Source: Catajapyx aquilonaris
Lineage: Eukaryota
Assembly (NCBI GenBank): GCA_000934665.2
Contig: KZ538660.1
Location: forward strand, 1-55,621
Length of the DNA: 55,621 nt
Reading direction: 5' to 3'
The translations under genes and the position numbers were made by a program. Under the pieces are notes generated by a model. The model did not search any database. It saw only the letters and a program-made list of their open reading frames with translations, and was not told where the DNA came from. The stretch's first letter is position 1; each line of letters begins with the position of its first letter. Positions 41,593-52,743 of the stretch are shown one piece after another.

Positions 41593-43194
41593 CCCCTTTG
41601 CTACCAGCTAGGCCGAAAACGCCTAGATTTTCCCTTACGCTAACGCCTAGATTTTCCCTTACGCTTACGCCTACTCTGAAGATATGGACAAGATATTTTA
41701 CAAAATAATAATAGCTATATTTACCCATTCATGGAAAACACTATGAATGTGTTGCTAACAATTTTACTCCTCTAGAAGTCCCTAAATTAACCCTCTGTCT
41801 CCCGCTCGATAATGCACTCTTTCAGTCAGAGTTTAAAAAGAGCGCCCTAGGTGAAAATCACTGGATCTGGCACCACTGATTTCGCTCTCAATTCATGCAC
41901 AAGAGGGGGCTGAAAATTGCGAGGCATCAACCGCCTTATATGATATGCATAAGAAGGTGACATCCTCCTATTGCGACATCTACGCTGTTTTTTAAAGGCG
42001 GCTTCCAGCCCTCTAAAAAACCCAAGAAAATTCTATATGATTGCCTAGTCTCTCTGTTAAATTATGAAAACAGTAAGTGTCCGTTAAAATATTTTTAAAG
42101 GTCGGTTTAAAAAGAAGTAATGTTATCCGCCAGGTGCAACAAAAGGCGGCTCAGGCGGCAAGCGGGCAACGCCCAGATCTCAGAGCAGTCCGCCTGGCCA
42201 ATTAGGAGCGAGGACAATTTTTACAACCAAAATGGCACCGGGGGAGATTTCCTACCCTTCACAGATCGTTCTGATTTTTTCCCAGGCGAAAAGTATGTCG
42301 CAGAATTTCGGGAATTTTTAAATGGTTTTCAGCTGCACGTCCACTTACCGAGAAATATGCGGCAGGGAGCTGTGTATATTTAAATTTGAGCAGTAAGTGT
42401 TTGTTTCGGTTTGTTTACAATGAATGAGACCTTTGGCCTATGACACCGTGCCATTAAAAATATCACGCAAGTGGAGTAACTACTGATGAACGTAGAAACT
42501 ATGAACATTTCCTAAGGCTCTGGTGAAAGAAATTTCCATTGGGATTATATCAGTGAATTTAAAAATATATATTTTGTTTGGTTGTATTATAATACAAGCA
42601 AAATGGGCCACAGGAGACAAAGGGTTAATTTCCAAAAAGACCGCCTTAAAATCTCAAAATTACTACCGACCAACCGTTAGGCTGATTTAATTATGAAATA
42701 AGCTAAAATATACAGAACAACAACCTTGAGAAGCATGCCAGACGAATTTGTTGAAATCGTCGTGCTTTGCAAGAAATAAATTAGTACTTATTTGCAGATT
42801 GCTGGCACTATGGAAAACTCCAATTCAAATTGGGAGTTTTCCGAAGTGTCAAAACGCTGCAAAGTACTTATTTATATCTTGCAAAGTACAACGATTTCAG
42901 CAAATTCGTCTGGCATGCTTCTCAAGGTTGTTGTTCTGTATATTTGAGCATACTTCATAATTAAATCAGCCTACCAGTTGGCCGGTAGTACTCTAATTTC
43001 CAGTTTGTAAATCGGTCTCTTCGGAAATTAATTTAGGGACTTCTACAGGAGTAAAACTATTCTCAACACATTCATAGTGTTTTCCATGAATGGGTAAATG
43101 TAGCTGTTATTATTTGTAAAATATCTTGTCCGTATCTTCTGAGTAGGCGTAAGGGAAAATCTCAGCGTTTTTGGCCTAGTTGGTAGCGAAGGGG
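41593..43194. mobile_element. piggyBac-like palindromic MITE, family B copy 1
   Basis: TTAA|CCCCTTTGCTACCAGCTAGGCC...GGCCTAGTTGGTAGCGAAGGGG|TTAA; sister copy at 51636-53371. Confidence 0.9.
41791..42624. mobile_element. piggyBac-like non-autonomous element, family C, nested in family B
   Basis: TTAA|CCCTCTGTCTCC...GGAGACAAAGGG|TTAA; the empty site CCTAAATTAATTTCC is seen at about 51791. Confidence 0.88.
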
Positions 43195-43226
43195 TTAATG
43201 ACATAGATGACGATAAAGATTTGGGT

Positions 43227-43611
43227 TCCCCTGGACACACTAGGTGCAATGTCCGTGACGGAATTTCCGGCACGGTCCGCTCAAAAATCTCTAACACATG
43301 GAAGTAACCGGGATTCCGTTGGGTTGAGAGACACACGATGGTTTTTCCGTCGAGCACCAGCAGTAGACACAGCGGAAAAAATTGGCTCAGTTTTCCATCG
43401 GGGACAATAATCCCACTGCAATACAATGATTCTGCAGAGGGAATGCCACACTACCGACGGAAAAAGCAGGCATGGAAACCAGGGGGATTGGTAGCTGAAA
43501 GAGCTGCAAGGTGGCAGCACAGTCGACAGAAATTCAGTGTGACAAAAAGTTACAAAATCAATCAGCGACAGAATTTCCGTCGCGGAGATTCCGCCTAGTG
43601 TGGCCAGGCCC
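43227..43611. mobile_element. PIF/Harbinger-like MITE
   Basis: CCTGGACACACTAGG..TCCGTGACGGAA / TTCCGTCGCGGA..CCTAGTGTGGCCAGGCCC|TTA. Confidence 0.7.
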
Positions 43612-44524
43612 TTAGACATATGTGGCCACCCACCCAACCTTTTTATTTGTAGGGAAGGCTGCAAAAAGATCAACTCCCACTCTTGCAGTGCATTCAGTGC
43701 CATCTGTATTGGGATAAACTAACAGGATCTGGCAAAGGTCACCTCATTCCCAGCCATTAATATCAGGATCATATCCTGCCACTTAGGCAACCACTGCATC
43801 AGCCGGAGTAGATCATTCTGTCGGCCACCTTCCCTACAAAAAAGCTGTTGGGTGGGTAGGTGGCCATGTTTGTCACAGGGAAATCAATATCTTGATCATC
43901 TATGATCTATGTCATTAACCTTAGCTCCCTTGACATTTTTCACCCCTACATTTTTGACTTGTTTTCAGCCAAGGAATACATTACCAACCAGACATGCTAG
44001 TTAGAAATACCCTGTGTGTAATTGGTCTTTTACACAATGAAATTTCATTAATCTTGGAGATTTTTAACTATTTCAACTAGGGCCTAACTAAAAAATATAC
44101 AGAGAGTTAATGAATTCAACCGACAAACTGCTAGGGGTAATAGAGTTGACCTAGACAAACATATTTCATATAGACATGGAAAGGGTGCGCTCAGAAGCGT
44201 CAGGCGAAAGGTGCTAGGCGAGCTGACTGTTTAGTTCCTAGTTGGCACACAGAAAACAACGCCACCTAGCAACTAAACAGCATAAGGATGAGGGTACAAA
44301 CCTCAATAAGACATTTATTGGAAAAACATTAAACCGTTTCTGCTGATAGGAAAAACCTCAAAAACTGTCACGGTATTAGGCTACTTGTAGCATTTCAAAT
44401 TAGCTGCTTATCCTTCCTCTTCACAGAAAATAGCAATGGCCATGGGCTATTTATAATAATGGATACCCCGTGACAGGCCTCCTTGGGCCTCTTAGGGGAT
44501 CATCTTTTACATATCCGACTTTAA

Positions 44525-45291
44525 CCCTAACAAGACGGGCGTCACATATGCTGTGACGCTGGCTTTAAAAAATTCTGCTGGCGAAACTATAGCGGTTTCC
44601 CACTATGTAACGTGGTTTCTGTGTGACTTTTTAAATTTTCTCTCGCGTAAAATATCGCGAGTTTTGGACTACAAAATCGTGCACAAATAAACCGGATTAA
44701 CCAGATTAACTTGAATGAAATCATCTTTTTGCGGCCGCTGAAAAAAAAAACATTAAAAAAAAACGACCTTGACCGGCAAATTTTCGGCATACATAGTTGC
44801 CCCCAAACCTCCTCAAGAGAATCCACCCTAAAATTAGTGCAAAAGATGATTTAATAGTTTTAAAATAAATAAATAGTGTTTGTAAATGCCAATTAGCAGC
44901 TGCCGGGCGTCTGCGCACTTCAACGCCGGTCTCTGTATGGCTCGAGGGGCGCATGCTCCGTGAGGTTTTTGAATAGCTGTGGCTCAAGGATGTTTAGACT
45001 CGTGAGTGTTTATCAACACAGCTTGCTTGACAGGCCTGTGCCGTAATTCATGCTATGTGTTTATGTACTGCTTTGTTCAGCGATGCCAAGGCTACATACA
45101 GATAATTTATTGTCAAGCAGGCAGAGTGACAAAAAATGGGAGAAGTCGCGAAACTTAACCCTCTACGCCACCTTGTTGTACATATGAGAGTTTCCACTGC
45201 ATATGAATGAGAGGAGGGTCCCAAGTCCCAAAGAAAGCGAATTTTTTGCAGATACTTGCAAAAACGCGTTAAACCACCCGTCTTATTAGGG
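44525..45291. mobile_element. piggyBac-like element, family A copy 2, inserted into a SINE
   Basis: TTAA|CCCTAACAAGACGGG...CCCGTCTTATTAGGG|TTAA. Confidence 0.9.
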
Positions 45292-45295
45292 TTAA

Positions 45296-45475
45296 TCATT
45301 GCCTGCGCTGTGATGGATTTTGATTGTGGGAGGAAACGGGAGAACCCTGAGAAAACCCACGCGAGCACGGAGAAAACCCATCAAAACTCCATCCACATAA
45401 GTGTCCTCCGTCCGACCCGGGGATCGAACTCGGGACCTCAGAGGTGGAAGAGGCGCTAACCACTCGGCCACCATG
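45296..45475 (-). mobile_element. tRNA-derived V-domain-like SINE, 5' half (3' tail at about 44452-44520)
   Basis: A-box TGGCCGAGTGG, B-box GAGTTCGATCC, core GCGTGGGTTTTCTCAGGGTTCTCCCGTTTCCTCCCAC. The tail matches 30168-30217. Confidence 0.85.
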
Positions 45476-45504
45476 TCGATGGGCTATTTATTTCAGTTCC
45501 ATAT

Positions 45505-46398
45505 GAGGCGCTTAGAACAAAAGTGGCCCTAGTCCAAAAAGCTCAAGTTGGGATAATTCACCTGCAAGTTTGGAAGGTCATAGAAAAAAGGGAAATCATA
45601 ATGATGTCTTCATCCATATTATGTCAGATTGGGAATCATTACAGGGCAGTCTTTTTTAGATATATTGCTACTGTAAAAAAAACATTGATTTATTGATAAA
45701 AAATCATATGTGACTTACACCATAATGATCCTACAGAATCATGGACTTACACCATTGTTGACTGGATGTAATACAATTGAATTAGGATATAATAGACTTC
45801 AAGGGACAGCGGAAATCAGTCTTGTTATAACCAAGGTCTGTTATAGCCGAATACACACGCCATTTATTATGGAAATATGTCGGGACCGTCCTTTCGAGTC
45901 TGTTATAGCCGAGGCTGTTATAACTGGTCTCAACTGTATTTATAAAATTTCCTTTGATCATTCCTCAATTTTAACAAAAATGATTTTAGTAAATATTAAT
46001 TTCAATCAGAAATTTAAGAGAAGGAAATTTTTGGCAAATACGAGTATAAAAAATTCGCAAATTCACAAAATAATTTTAAACATGGCAAAACTGACAGCCA
46101 CACACTTATTATTTGCCTTACACAATATTATTTTGTCCACAGAGGTGCTCCCAGAAATATCGCTTGCATCTTCGTCGGCCATCTTTAACAGCTGGTATGG
46201 GACTTACACCAGGATTGCTCCAAGGAGTAGGCAACTCTCCTTGGAGCATAAATGACATTATGTCATTTACTCCCCAAATGTACAACTTAGTACTTATACC
46301 ATTTTTTTTCACCAACTTGGAGTAGTTCTCTGAATGTGATGGCAGTCCTATCTCAAAAATGGTATTTTTGGACTTGCGCCACTTTTGTTCTAAGCCGC
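45505..46398 (-). mobile_element. Sola-like DNA transposon remnant, with a nested Tigger-like MITE at about 45774-45936
   Basis: TIRs GCTTAGAACAAAAGTGGC..AGTCCAAAAA / TTTTTGGACT..GCCACTTTTGTTCTAAGC. The minus-strand remnants LYIWGVND, WEHLCGQNN and LKFL resemble Sola YNFGVHD / SDNCGGQNKN / KFL..GH. Confidence 0.55.
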
Positions 46399-46656
46399 AA
46401 GCGGACTTTAGGTGCTAGGTGGCTCTGTTGTTGCCAGTTTACTGCGCTTCGCGCCGTTGTTTACTATCTGCACATCACCTAGTAACTCAATAGTTCGTGC
46501 GTCTGAGCGCACCCGTTCCTCGTCTATGAACCCCCTCTAGATGGAGTTTCTGGACACGGGTTCCTATGTGAAATATGTTTGTCTTGGTCCCCTCTATTAC
46601 CCCCTACATGCTTGTCGTTTGAATTCATTTACACCCTGTATAAAGAGCCTCTATGC

Positions 46657-46873
46657 CAGGGGTGGCCAAACTTGCTTAACGTAAGAGCCAAATGCAATAA
46701 ACTTCGGACACTGAAGAGCAGCAAGACATGAACAAATATTACAGAATTACACATACGTTTTTATTGTTCCATGATCATTTTTACTGACCAGAAAAGGAAT
46801 AAGCCCAGTCAGCATAGAGCCGCACATATAATGTCAAAGAGCCGCATGCCGTTCGCAAGATGCGGTTTGGCCA
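46657..46873. mobile_element. hAT-type MITE
   Basis: CAGGGGTGGCCAAAC...GTTTGGCCAC with AGAGCC(G)CA subterminal motifs. Confidence 0.7.
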
Positions 46874-46900
46874 CGATTTTTAGAGACCAAGTTGTATTTT

Positions 46901-47231
46901 GGGGCCGTCCAGACGGGCTGACCTTAGCCGCGGCCGGCACCGCCACCGGCCCCGGCACCGGCTTGCGGAGCCACGGCTGGCCACGGTACCCGTTCAGACG
47001 GGCACATATTTTAATAATAAGTAATAGTGGCCGGTAGTCATGGCAGCGACAAAAAACAAGTGACGCGCAGTATCCGTCGCCGAGGCCAAGCCGTGGCCAA
47101 GCAGCGAGCCAACTTCCAGGAAGTCGGCCAACTTGGCCGACTTCTGAGCCGTGGCCGTTGCCGTGTGAACCGTCGCGGCCTCGACCAGCCGCGGCTGGCC
47201 GCGGCTAAGGTCGGCCCGTCTGGACGGCCCC
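46901..47231. mobile_element. GC-rich Harbinger-like MITE
   Basis: TTT|GGGGCCGTCCAGACGGGC.GACCTTAGCCGCGGCC...GGCCGCGGCTAAGGTC.GCCCGTCTGGACGGCCCC|TTT. Confidence 0.85.
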
Positions 47232-47337
47232 TTTGAGTGGAGTGTCCCTTTAATCCTTTGCAGCACCCATTTTTTTACAAGTTCAAATAGTTGGCATATC
47301 CTGATAGACACTAAAATTATAAAAAAAACAAACATAC

Positions 47338-49173
47338 TTCTCTGCTTCATATGCTGCCAACTTATTCAGTTCCTCCACACGACGCTCTATGCGCATATTA
47401 TGCCACCTCCGGTTCTCATCTATCTGGTCCCTCAAAGCTTGTCCATACTGCAGGCCATTCTTCCTTCTGCAGTCTCTACTCTCTTCAGAGTATTTCATGT
47501 CAGCTGCATACTTGGAAAGGATCTGAACGAAACCACATTTATTTGTAACATGGACTGCTGCAAATCACAGTATTCTCACCAGCCGGTGATTCCTCTCTTC
47601 AGCTAGTTTTGCCTTGTGCCTGTTGTTAGCTTCTCGCTCCAGATTCTCATAGTAGGAGCGAATCACCAGCTCTTTATGACCTTTGGCCCTGACTGCAGCA
47701 CATAAATCCTTTTCCTTGTCCAACATTTCTTTTTGGAACACGTTCATCCTCTCCTTGGTTAACTGATCTGCCCTAAATTTCGCCTAACAAAGAATATAAT
47801 TGAGTCTCTGCATGGATAAGGCAAGTACAGTGTACTTACTTCTTCTTCTGCTTGCCTCTGTACGGCCAACAGGTAGGTCCTTTGCCGTGCTGCTTGAGAT
47901 TGGCGCAATTTTTCTGGGCGAAGGTTTTCCTTCTTCTCCAGTTCTTTATGGTACTCAACAATTTTCCTACAAACAAATCATTATAGATGACGGTGAAGGC
48001 AGTTAAGAGTAACATTCACCTGTCTATCTCTTCTTCTTCCAAAGCTTTCTTCATGCTCTGATTCTCAATGCATTTCAAATCATCTTCCAGGCACTGCCTC
48101 ACAAAACCTTGTCCTTCCAGCTTAGTTTGCAGGGCACTAAAGTGAGGAAGAGAATCAGGAGAATTCAAAATTATTTGATCCAGACAACTCACTCTCGTTT
48201 CTCCTGCTGATATTTCTTTTGTAGAGTATTATGAATGTCTCTATCAGTTATAAGATGATGTTCTCGTTCAAGTCGCTTTTGTTCACTGTTAGCAAAGCAC
48301 TGTAGGTCTAGAGCACTGTGATAATCCAAGCGCCTCAACAGCATATTTACCCTTTCCTCAGCCTTCTCTCGCTGATAATTTCTATTATATTCTTCTCGGT
48401 CTATACCAGCTTGCACTTTTGCCCTCTGAAATACAAGGTGTTAGTACACAAATGTCAACAGAACTTGTGCATTCAACAAGTACCCGTTCCTCCTCCCTCT
48501 TGGCCTCATCTTGAATTAGAATCATTTGGTTCATCTTGTACACTGTTGTCTCTCTCAGTTGTCGATCCAAGGAGCGTAGATCTTGCTCATGAGTATGTAC
48601 CCTGGAAAAAGCTAGTGACAAAAGAGCAGCCAGTGAAAGCCTGAATGAATGGAACATACCAAGATAGTTTCCTGCTTTGTTCACGAATGGCCTCCTTCTT
48701 TATATTTGCAGCTAGTTGGCTCTCAAGCCGAAGTTGAGATTCATACAATTTGGACTTTGTCTTCCGCTAAATTACAAATTACAAGTTAAAACAGGTCATG
48801 CAAAAGCTCTTACTGTTCACTGTACATCATAAATATATTTGTCCAACGTGGATTCTAAATCCTCCAAGATTGGGTGTCGCAGCATGTCTGAAAAGACTCC
48901 ACGTTGCATAACCTCTTCCAAATAAGCACGCTTGTGGTCCGTCATCTTCCACTTTTCTAATGTCCTTGATGCGTCCAAATCAGCCTGCTCATCTTCATGC
49001 AGTTTCTGATAATACAGTTCACCTGTCTGCAAAATTTCAAGAATACCGATTAGTCACATAGGGTAACTTCTGGTGCACTGGTACATGTGACAATCACACT
49101 CCTGTTTTAAAAAAAAATTAACTTTCAGCAACCTCCAACTCACCCTAAACGGAGTTTTATCCGGGACTGGCAT
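47338..49173 (-). CDS. MNS1: MNS1 ortholog (axonemal microtubule inner coiled-coil protein), coding exons 1-9
   Basis: GT-AG, phase-consistent exons: 49173-49144, 49026-48826, 48766-48660, 48601-48484, 48425-48193, 48136-48020, 47966-47840, 47783-47580, 47522-47338. With exon 10 the total is 1473 nt, or 490 aa. The motifs YYQKLH, DLRSLDRQLRETTVYK, EEEIDRKIVEY and ILSKYAAD are colinear with recalled human MNS1 YCKKLH, ELRELEKKLKAAYMNK, EEENRKIIEF and MLAKFAED. The exon 2 donor is the least certain. A non-coding exon probably ends at 49425. Confidence 0.88.
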
Positions 49174-49556
49174 CTGACCTCTTATAACAGCAACTGGAAC
49201 TTAGTTTACCTGAAAGTAAAACCACATGAAAGGCAACATGAAATCTGGCGGTGACAACAACAGCAGCAGTACTACAGTGAAACGACTGAAACCCAAGGTG
49301 AAACCACTCTACAGCAGACCACACTAATTGTCCACTTCAGAAAAATTTCGTTCTATTCCTTCCTTTCGCTTTTCTCACAGCCCACACCTCCCTCACATTG
49401 CAACCCTCTCCACCAGCAGCTTACCGGGAGTTCTTTTGTAACAGTCTGGATGCAGCCTTGTAAAATGTTTTGTAAAGAACGACACCAACACGTCTACACC
49501 CAACGAAGCGGCGGCAGGATTTCTACTATCAACTACCAACTGCCAAAACCAGCGAT

Positions 49557-49569
49557 GTTACCAGGTGAC
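49557..49569. promoter_or_regulatory. RFX X-box in the MNS1/TUBE1 bidirectional promoter
   Basis: GTTACCAGGTGAC (minus strand GTCACC-T-GGTAAC) fits GTNRCC(N0-3)RGYAAC and lies between two divergent cilia/centriole genes. Confidence 0.7.
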
Positions 49570-49858
49570 CGGCTCTCCAAAACAACAATCATTAATTATT
49601 TAGTTTAACACCGTTGCATATGTAATAAAATATTAAAAAATATAATTTACAAATTTAGTCACGTTTCCGCTTCTAAATAGCGTAACAGTAACTTGACATT
49701 TTCCCAGAAAGCTTTGCGTGCGCGGGAATCTGTTACTGTGCCACCAGCACCCGGTACTACCTAGGGCACCATGAGGTGTCCTGTTGGCTGTTGGTGCACC
49801 TTCGGCCACTAGCTGTGTGTTATTCCTAGTCGGTGCTAGTCTTTGCAGATGTTCTAAG

Positions 49859-50309
49859 ATGCCGTCGGAAATCGTTATTATTCAAGGTAACCTATGAGAG
49901 TTAAGACAGAGGCTCAGGTTTCATGTTTTATTGTTGGCTTCCAGTGGGTCAGTGTGGGAACCAGGTTGGGGCACGGTTCTGGCTGGCGGCCATGAGGGAG
50001 CTAGGGATTAGAATCCCAGGTGAGAAGACTGAGAAGTCAAAAAAAGTGCAGACAGACCAGGATGCATTGCAGAGCTTGTTCACCTATGAGAAGGCAGCTA
50101 AGACTGGCAGGTCGACGGAGCTGAGGGCCAGGGTAAGCTGGATGGAATCATCCTTGGGTTCGAGTTGGATTTATCTGGATGTTCCATTTTTAGGCTATCT
50201 TGATTGATATGGAAGAAGGTGTTGTGTCCAGAGTGTTGCGCAGCCCTATTGGGTACTTGTTTGATGAGACGCAGTTAGTGACAGCAGCTTCAGGATCAGG
50301 AAATAATTG
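49859..50309 (+). CDS. TUBE1: epsilon-tubulin, exons 1-3
   Basis: Exons 49859-49886, 49945-50132 and 50194-50309 give MPSEIVIIQVGQCGNQVGARFWLAAMRE...LRARAILIDMEEGVVSRVLRSPIGYLFDETQLVTAASGSGNNW. LIDMEEGVV and SGSGNNWAVGH are epsilon-diagnostic. Confidence 0.93.
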
Positions 50310-50527
50310 GTGAGGACTGATTTCATAGGACGAGGCCTACAAGAGCCAGTCACACGAGGTTGGATTCATTAAAATTATCAGAGTTTTAATGTAGCCAATC
50401 CTATCTGTGTGAACAATAAGGTATTTTTTTCTGTCAAATGTAGCTCAGGTGTAGGATTAAGAATCTTATATTGTAAATGTATCTGACCTGGTATAACTGG
50501 CGTGAAAGGAAATACCAGATGAGTGTA

Positions 50528-50698
50528 CAGTGTCAGAATTAATCGAGGCATTCGAGGCACTGGTGGCTAGCGACATTTTCCGAATCGGCAGAAGAAGAAA
50601 TCGAAGATAAGGATTCTGCAAGCCGGGCGAGCAAGATTCCTTCTTCTGCCGATTCGGAAAATGTCGTTAGCAGTATGCTTCGATTTAGTCCAACACTG
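50528..50698. mobile_element. Tc1-type palindromic MITE
   Basis: TA|CAGTGT...ACACTG|TA, with the strong inner stem CGACATTTTCCGAATCGGCAGAAGAAG / CTTCTTCTGCCGATTCGGAAAATGTCG. Confidence 0.8.
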
Positions 50699-50748
50699 TA
50701 CAATGTAATGTTTGGAAAAAAAGATGGTGACCGATTTTTGCTGTCTTA

Positions 50749-51157
50749 GGCCAAACGCAAATAGGCAACTTGGAGTATTTGTTGTATTTCCAAGTATCAC
50801 ATTTTCCCACTAGACAGCAGGTGTATTGTGGCAATTTGGGAGCAACATACTGTCATTCAGACAGCACATGTAGGATTTTTTGCCATGGCTGGGGTAAATG
50901 CAATGCACTTCGTGAGAAACAGTCCAGAGAAACAAGGCAAGGTAGGGGTCAGGCCAGGCTTAGGATTTTATGGCACTATGAGGAGAGAGTCTACACTAAT
51001 CATGAAAGTTTGAAATGCCTCCAGGTTGCCTGCAAGTTTCATGCATGTAATTAACATGGCAACTTGCATGTGAAGTTTCCCAGCACATGCGCTGTTTTCA
51101 TCCTGGCAGGTTGCTCAGGCAACAAGCTGATCCCAAATTGTCTGTTTGCACCTTGCC
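50749..51157. mobile_element. degenerate Harbinger-like MITE
   Basis: TTA|GGCCAAACGCAAATAGGCAA...TTGTCTGTTTGCACCTTGCC|TTA. Confidence 0.55.
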
Positions 51158-51635
51158 TTAGGGGCAGTCAACAGGTTCTTGGACAATGCTGCTGTTGAGA
51201 AAGCTCAAATATTTTCTTAGTGCTGACTTTAGGAATGATTTTGTTGAGCCCATGAGCAGACTGTTTATTTAAGTCATGCACCCTACATGCAGCATGATGC
51301 TAGAATATCACATTAGTGCATATTGCAAAAATTTCATTTTCAACCAGACCTTAGGGATACAAAAGGCCATTTAACATTTTGGTCCAGGACTGCTAAGTAC
51401 AAGTAAAATGAAGTGGTCACAATCAGTGGGGCTTGGAGCAACTTACTACTGGCGATCAGAGGTCCTTTTGCATAGCTAATTGCCAGTGGTTACACCTGAA
51501 TTGATAACTGCTGAGTGTTAGCTGGTAATTGCGATTTAAATGGTTTCTTGTGGTGGAACCACTGCCAGTTAGTTTGACATTCAAAATTCACGCCATAGAG
51601 TGCTTGCTGATTTCTGAGTATTTTTTTCCTATTAA

Positions 51636-52051
51636 CCCCTTCGCTACCAGATAGGACGAAAACACCTAGTTTTCCGCTTATGCCTACTCTGAAGATAAAG
51701 ACAAGATTTTACAAATAATAACAGCTATATTTACCCATTCATGGAAAACATTATGAATGTGTTGCGAACAATTGTACTCCTCTAGAAGGCCCTAAATTAA
51801 TTTCCAAAATGATCGCCCTAAAAACTCGAAATTAGAGTAGGCCTACTACCGGCCAACTGTTGGGCTGATTTAATTATGAAATACGCTAAAACCTTGAGAA
51901 CTGTGCCAGGCAAATTTGCTGAAATCGTCATACTTTGTGAGAAATACTTATTTGTGGCTTTTTGACACTAAGTGAGAAGTAAATCAATTTGGGAGTTTTC
52001 CGAAGTGTCAAGAAGCCAGAAATAAGTATTAATTTATTTCTCGCAAAGTAC

Positions 52052-52124
<73 letters not shown>

Positions 52125-52674
52125 ACACCATCACGACATTTCCCTATAAGGGGTATTCAGGGGTGACGGGAGCCACAAGCTAACCCAAAATATGAACCAA
52201 ATTAAAACTTGTAAAAATCAACCTATAAACCACCCATCCAGATGACAAATTCTCAATATTAAATTTTAAATTTAAATATTACACGACTATGCCATGCAGT
52301 ACTTGAGAAATCCCCCCTGGAAGAGGAATCAGCAACTGTTAAATTCTTCCAAGTGACTAGAATATTCTCCTCCAAACGACCAGAACACCCACAGGCCAGC
52401 GAGAAGAACCAGCATACAGAAATCCACACCCGAACTCCAAGCACTGTGCAGGACAGAGAGAGAGGCAGACACCCTTGCAAGTATGACTACCGGTGTCAAC
52501 CTATATGCATTACTGTGCAAGAGATATTTGCCAAACTTGTAGTTCTGCACAGCACCCAGAGCCTCAGTATGAACTTCCAGATGCCGAATCCTCCCACCAA
52601 CCCGCAAACATTCTAGCCATTCGGAAAAATTCAATGGACACTGCCATTCCTCACAAACCCGTGAATATTCTACC

Positions 52675-52743
<69 letters not shown>

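Larger units (their letters stand above)
41488..44014. mobile_element. old palindromic Tc1/mariner-like MITE hosting three younger insertions
   Basis: TA|CAGGGCATTTCT..GTCTGGTTGG..AAAACAAGT..AATGTAGG pairs with 43920-44014. The arm resumes at 43195 (TTAATGACATAGAT) and at 43612. Confidence 0.7.
44100..46638. mobile_element. Tc1/mariner-like element with ~75 bp TIRs enclosing a SINE, a piggyBac-like element and Sola/Tigger insertions
   Basis: TA|CAGAGAGTTAATGAATTCAACCGACAA..AGACAAACATATTTCA pairs with TGAAATATGTTTGTCT..TTGTCGTTTGAATTCATTTACACCCTG|TA. Confidence 0.75.

Noticed and set aside
45710..46255. 181 aa plus-strand ORF
   Set aside because: It runs across a MITE and antisense to the Sola-like remnant, so it is a chance frame.
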